64,000 bases of DNA. Source: the human T2T-CHM13v2.0 reference genome, Homo sapiens. Location of the stretch: assembly GCF_009914755.1 (NCBI RefSeq), contig NC_060926.1; one strand, 5' to 3'. The translations under genes and the position numbers were made by a program. Below, one piece after another: positions 56,302 to 64,000 of this stretch; positions within the stretch are counted from its first letter, which is position 1, and the number at the start of each line of letters is the position of its first letter. The notes below the pieces were generated by a model. It was not told where the DNA came from and did not search any database. It saw only the letters and a program-made list of their open reading frames with translations.

Positions 56302-57261
56302 TTATGATGTTGAAAATGCTGAAGAGAAGACAGGTGGAGGAGAATGACCTTCAGATGAAGCCAAGAGGGGCAGGGACAGAAGGGCTGGCAGCAGTGTCCC
56401 AGGCTGTAAAGGGCATGGTGGCCAAGTCACCCGAGTGATGATCAGGCTCCCCAGGGTGCTGAGACATGGTCTGGAATCCAGGATTTCCTCACCACTTCAG
56501 TAGCACCACCGAGCTGGGGCATGGGCTGCCTTGTAGGGCAGGAAACCCACACCCCTGGAAGTGTCCGAGTGAAGCCAGGACTGCCGTGTGCCAGAGTAGA
56601 TGATCACACGGAGCTGGCACTCAGTGCATGCTCGCGGTCCCGAGATTTCACTCTTTTCACTGAAGTCTATTCTATTCTACAGTGTTCTATTTATTTCCAC
56701 CCCTTTATTTGACACTTGATGTTTTTGATGATCAAAAGAAATTGCTGGCTGGACGTGTCACCTGGAAGCCTGCTTTCCAACAGAAAGACGGTGTGTATCC
56801 AAGAAAGCAGGGTGGAGTCCCCTGAGCAAAGCCTAGCAGCAGATAATCTCCTTGGGGGTTGTGCTTTTGACACTTTAATTACAGATTTAATCAGCTCATT
56901 ACCTAAGTACCTCTCATTAGGACCTGTTATAGTCGGTGTTAATTGAAGCTGAGTCTTTGAAGATGTATTTTCTGCAGGGATGGGGAGGGAGGGGTCGCAG
57001 CTGCCGCCCTGCCCGCTGATCAGCCGGGCTCCCAGACCCACCCGAGGGTCCAGGACAGCCACGACTTACATGGGACAGCTGTCACTCCACAACGGCAGCG
57101 TTTTACTTCGCAATGTTTAAAGTTTTGATAAAACTGTTTTTCAAAATTTAATTTTAAAAAAACCTGCTGAATGAACATATGCAAATTGAGCCTCCTACCA
57201 GTTGAGATCAGTCCAAAGTTCCAAACTTTGGACTTTGAGTGGGGTATTTTGTTTCTCCGGT

Positions 57262-57855
<594 letters not shown>

Positions 57856-59367
57856 CTTCATTTCAAGAAAATGCAACACACAATCAGCAGCACCTGCCCA
57901 GGGTGGAAGCACGTGGCAGCCAGACTTAACTAGTGAGGATGACCAGGAGAGAGAAGAGTGCTTCAAAATACTCGTGTGTTTAGACACAGCTGTGCAGATT
58001 CAAGTTCCACTTAGGAATTGTAGATGGCCCCATTTAGAGTAAGTGCTAAAAGGCACAAATCTGTGAGTCCGTGTCAGGCACTGTCACTCCATTTCCTGCT
58101 GTAACTGGTCTACCCCTCGGAGTCTTTGCTTGCTCCACTGACAGGCAGCCCTCTGTGGTCCTGGAGAGGTTGCCTGGGGGTAGTCAGAGTAGATGCGGCT
58201 GATGGCAGGCTCCTTCCACAGGGCCCCAAGACTCACAGTGCCCTTGAATCTCTGTAGGTTGCTCCTCCTCCAGGACCACTATGTCACAGTTTTTGCATAT
58301 CATGTGGCGGAGAGGCTGCAGAAGCTGCCAGTGGCTGAGGCCCACACCTAGGGGAAGTGACCCACTCATGGGTTGCTGGAAGGCCTTGGAGAGCTGTCCA
58401 GGCTGGAAGACCCCAGTGGCCAAGCTGTGCCATCCTCACTTGGTGAGGATGCTCAGGGTCTACATGGAAAAGCCGGGTCACCCAGGTGACTAGGTGATGC
58501 TGCACCTGCTTTCCCTGGTCCCACAGGGACTCAGGCTGTGCACAGGTGGTCACCCAAGATGTGCCGTGATACACACGCTGTTCCATTGATTGATCTTATG
58601 TGTAGAATGGGTAGGTGCCCCTGCTCCAGCCACACACCTTTCAACCATAACTCATTAGCCCTTTAGAAGGACCTGAGAGGTGGAGACCTGGGAATTCCCA
58701 CTGGACACATGAGCCGCTGAGAAGCAGCTGCTGGCACCTCGCCCAGCTCTCACACCCAAGCCCTATCTGCCCACCCCCAGCCCCAGCTCACCCCTGCACC
58801 CCATCTCCCTGAACTGCCTGGGTACAGTCTCAGCAAAGCTGGGGAGCATCCCTGACACCCATTGAGGCTAATACCTCAGAGACTGGGACATGGGCCACCA
58901 AGCAGCCTGCGACGGTCTCCCTCTCAGATTTTCCTGTTTGCATCTCAGGGCCATGCTTGTCTGCTCTGACTGCCGTGGTTCCTACCGAGCCAGTGTCTGT
59001 AAGGAGCTGTGGTGCACAGCCCTGCCCCATGTAGCTGTCTGCATCACAGCCGCCCACCTGCATCCTTCAGAGTCCTGGGCCACCTCCTGCCTTCCCCGAG
59101 GGACAGGAGCAGGGGCTGTTCCATGCACACCTGCCTGGTCTCACCTCCCCAGCCTCACTGGGACTCCGTGGGCCTCCGTTCTGCACATCATGCATAAGGT
59201 CAGGGCCTAGTGGCGCAAGAGCAGGACACTCCCTCCATTGCACAAATAAAAACTCAGGCTCAGGGAAGCCACACAGCTTGTCCAAAGGCTCTAGCTGGTA
59301 GGGAGGACCTGGGGCTCAGAGGGCAGTTCTCTGACCTCCATCCACTGTAAGGACGGCTCAGTGGTCA

Positions 59368-59871
<504 letters not shown>

Positions 59872-60201
59872 TTAAATTTTTAAGGGTTTCTAAATGAGAA
59901 AGTCCTAATTATAGAATATATAGAAAAGAAGGGAAAAGAATCAAGAAGGAAACAAATGGCACATGGAATTCCCAAGCCCTGGGTTCCTCCTCGGCGCAGA
60001 TCTTCAGTTATGTTCCTTTCAGCAGGGTCAGGATTCATCCGTCCTCTGCATCTTCACTCAGTGCTTCTGCAGCTGCCTGCTGTCCCCACATCACAGACTA
60101 GTTCAACACTTTCCCATGGTGGGCATTTAGGCTCCTTACCGTTGTTTTTTTTTTTTTTTTTGTGGTTATGGATGAGGCTTCAGCAAATATCCCTTGACAT
60201 C

Positions 60202-60523
<322 letters not shown>

Positions 60524-61300
60524 TGAGGGCTGAAAGTGCTAGTTACCTGCACCCTCACCAGCCGGAGCCCCACAGGCCTACACTCCCCGAGCTGACGCCA
60601 ACCACAAAGTGGTGGGCTGGTGACGTGAACCCCAGGGCACTGCAGCCATGAGGAGGTCCAGCACCCGGCATTCAGGGCAGGATGGAAACATTCCTGGACA
60701 ACACCTTGGTCACCATCAGGGTAGCTCAGGACAACCTGCTCGGTGCCCATTTGTTGTAAGATGCCAGAGAGGAGGCTCTCAGTGGCCCTCTGGCCACTGT
60801 CCTTACTAGCAAAAGCAGCCTCCTCCCTAAATCATTGATGCGTTTCCTACTTGCACTTCCTACCTGCTGGAGGCCTGTCCTGGATGTGGCTCCGAGTTTC
60901 CTCCTCTGTTCAGGTTTTGGGATCTCTCTGGTCCTACCATTGTCATTGGAAGCAGATGGAGGGTAATTTTCTTTGTGCTGCTATTGCTAATTTTCCCAGC
61001 TCAGAAGCCTCAGCATTAACAGTCTCTGCAGCCCACTGTGGCCCAGTGAGTGGGGAGGTGGTGTCACCCAGGTTCTGGAGCTGCTCGCAATCCCGAGCAC
61101 CAGAGCCACCACAACCAGTCACCATCAGGGCCCCTGACACACGCCCACAGGTGACCAGGAATCAGGGCACAGTAAGCACCAGACTAAGTTCCTTATGTCT
61201 TTTCACAGATGCTATTTCCCTCTTTTGTCTCTCAGGAAAGCTCATCTGCCACCCTCTGAGACCTCAAATTCGAGGCACAGGCTTCCTTTCTTGGGTTTAA

Positions 61301-61676
<376 letters not shown>

Positions 61677-62689
61677 CACCTCCTCTTTGAATGACACCAG
61701 AAAGCAGACTTTCTGGAGGCCCAAGGGTGGGAGGAAGTGCACGGATGTGTCTGCCATGCACTCTGGCACAGGGGGCTCACCGATGACAGCTGCAATTGAT
61801 ATTCTCCCCGGCTCTTGGGTCCCCAGATGCACCCTCTCTCCACCCTTGCCTGGGACCACCTCAGCCTGGTGAATTCCTATTCAACCCTCTGGTGGGCTGC
61901 TTCCTCTCTAGGAGACCCTCTCTGATGGCCTACAAATGTGTTCTCAGAGATGTGTCTGCCTCAGCCAGCACATGTTCGACTCTAGCACGAGGCTCGAGCC
62001 TGCCTGCGTGGGGGCTGGGTATGCACAAGGACTTGGTGTAGTGTCTAATGAGGATAGTGCTTGCCATAAAGCTCACACTTGACAAATTGTGCTTGACCAA
62101 TTAAATGTCTTAATTTAGCTTATAGAAATAATGGATTTTTACAATAGCTACCAGATGACCCTACACACACACACGTGCACAAATACACATACCTACAAAT
62201 GTTTACATGTGCAACACCTCACACAAACCCACACGAAGCAGATGTGTGTGCCTGAACCCAGCTCAGCCAAAGTGCATCCATCAGCTGCCGCACGCCTTCA
62301 CTGTGCTGGTCCTGGAGACTAAGCAGAGAGGCCTGGGCCCCAGGCAGCCCATCTCTGGAAAACCAGTTGCTTGCCTAGGAAGCTGACACAGGCAGAACAT
62401 GGTATGTTAGGACAAGGATGGTGTTTGTGTCCTTCCCCTGCAGCGGGAAAGGAGTTTGAGTAAGATAAGAAACAGACGTGCTGGAGGCATTTCCCCACAC
62501 CTGAGATGTGTCTCACAGATCCTAAACTCCAGAGACTGGGGAGCCACCATGGACTGGAAGACCCCCAAGAGGAATAACGCAGGCCCTGTGGGACCCTGGG
62601 CATGAGAACGGATGTCACTGGACCCACAGCCACATTAGGATGAATCCCATAGGTGAGTTCATAGTATCGAATCATGTGAATTTTCTAGG

Positions 62690-62830
62690 GTAGATTGTTT
62701 TAGTCACGTCAGGTGTTAATGTCGGGGGAGTGGCAGGGAAGGCATATGAGATTTCTGTATGAATTTTGCAACTGTTTTGTAGGTCTAAAATTATTTCAAA
62801 ATAAAAGATTTTTTTAAAAAATAAATAGAT
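62690..62830 (+). mobile_element. Old L1M extreme 3' end
   Basis: ttttgcaactgttttgtaggtctaaaattatttcaaaataaaa. Confidence 0.65.
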
Positions 62831-63767
62831 GTGGCTGACAGGTCGCCAATCTTAGCAAGTTTGCTTTGCAACTGATTCCCTATGAAGATCCTCAAGTTGT
62901 CGTCAGAGTCACCAGGGAAAGAAGCCACTGTCAGAAGGAAACAGAGTGGAAATAACGACTGAGGAGCCAGGGAGGGCAGAGCAGGAGAAGCCAGGCAAGG
63001 GCTGGAGGGCGAGGAGGATGTGCAGAGTGGAGACCCCTGCAGCCAGGCGGGAGGACGGGTGGATAGTCTGTGGGCTGTGCCCATGAGCAGCTTCCAGAGT
63101 GACTGAGCATGGGCTCTTCCAGGAATGCACCTGAGGCATCCCAGCAGCTGAAGGGAGGTCATCAGGGTCAGCTGGAGGCCCAGATGAGTCACAGTGACCT
63201 GGGAGCAGGACTGGGCCCAGCAGGGCTTCAGCCAGCACAGATTTGATGCCCCACGTCACCAGGTAAAGTTTCAGCTAAGTGGCATGCAGGAGGGATACCC
63301 TGTGCCCCGCTGTGCCCTGCCCTGAGTACACGCTCCATCCTGACCACCCCACAGGCCCCAGCCCAGCACAAGGCCCAGCAGAGCAAGGGGGTATGCTCTT
63401 CCAATTGCCCGCAATAAACATGAGTGCCAAGTCTAAAGGTTTGCCATTTTAAAGCTATGCCAACATGGCCCATGGGAAAGTGTCGTCAGAGCCCAATCCT
63501 TCCATGCCCTGCCCTCCTGGGAAGGATCAAGCCAAACGGGTGCAAGACCAGGATGCCCGCCACAGCCAGTCCCAGGACCCCGCTGGAAGGGATGGGAGGG
63601 GTCTGCGGCTTAGAACAGTAACTCTGGCAACTCTGAGGAGGTGGGAGAAGGGAAGGAATCAGGCCCAGGAGACTGTGGTGCTGCAGCTGTGGGCAGAGCG
63701 CAGAGAACAGGAGGAAAAGCAGCAGGGCCGTGGGGCAGGAGGGGTCGGAGCAGAGGCGTCCTGCAGA

Positions 63768-64000
63768 TGGAACCACGGTCCCCAAAACGTCCTACTCCCT
63801 CCCCAGACCCTGCAGTCACATCACACGACAAAGGGGGTTAAGGTTGCCAATCAGCCCATCTTGAGATGGAGACACCATCCTGGATTATTGGGGGTGGGTG
63901 ATGTGGTCACAGGGTCCTTGGAAGTGACCATGGGTGCAGAAGGGTCGGTGTAGGCCGGCACGAACTGAGGAGGACTCCACCAAGGAGGGGCTGAGCTGAT
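63768..64000. mobile_element. MLT1-like LTR, cut by the window edge
   Basis: ttaaggttgccaatcagc...ttgagatggaga..atcctggattat...gtcacagggtcctt. Confidence 0.7.

Overview
Primate genomic DNA, almost certainly human, judged from the Alu/L1/MIR/LTR content and the encoded peptide. It holds the 3' end of SH3RF3 (POSH2, a RING/SH3 scaffold E3 ligase on chr2q) on the + strand. The penultimate coding exon is 25635-25966 and the last exon starts at 36561 (C-terminal SH3 domain, stop 36727-36729). A roughly 3 kb 3'UTR ends near AATAAA 39672-39677. Positions 1-25634 are intronic and 39.7-64 kb is downstream intergenic DNA. The rest is interspersed repeats (about 17 Alu copies or fragments, MST/MLT MaLR LTRs, MER41A, an LTR12-family solo LTR, Tigger3, MER20/MER5/MER58, L1/L2/MIR) and long CA/TG simple repeats. 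Nearly all ORFs in the supplied track are chance or repeat-derived. I found no clear new biological system. Best leads: a site hit three times by Alu, including a young AluYd; an antisense LTR12 promoter with 8 CCAAT boxes; an intronic small ORF with a signal-peptide-like start; tandem NF-kB sites and PBX-HOX motif clusters; and a predicted NMD-escaping exon-skip isoform lacking the last SH3. Repeat subfamily calls are from memory of consensus sequences, and their boundaries are approximate unless a TSD is given.
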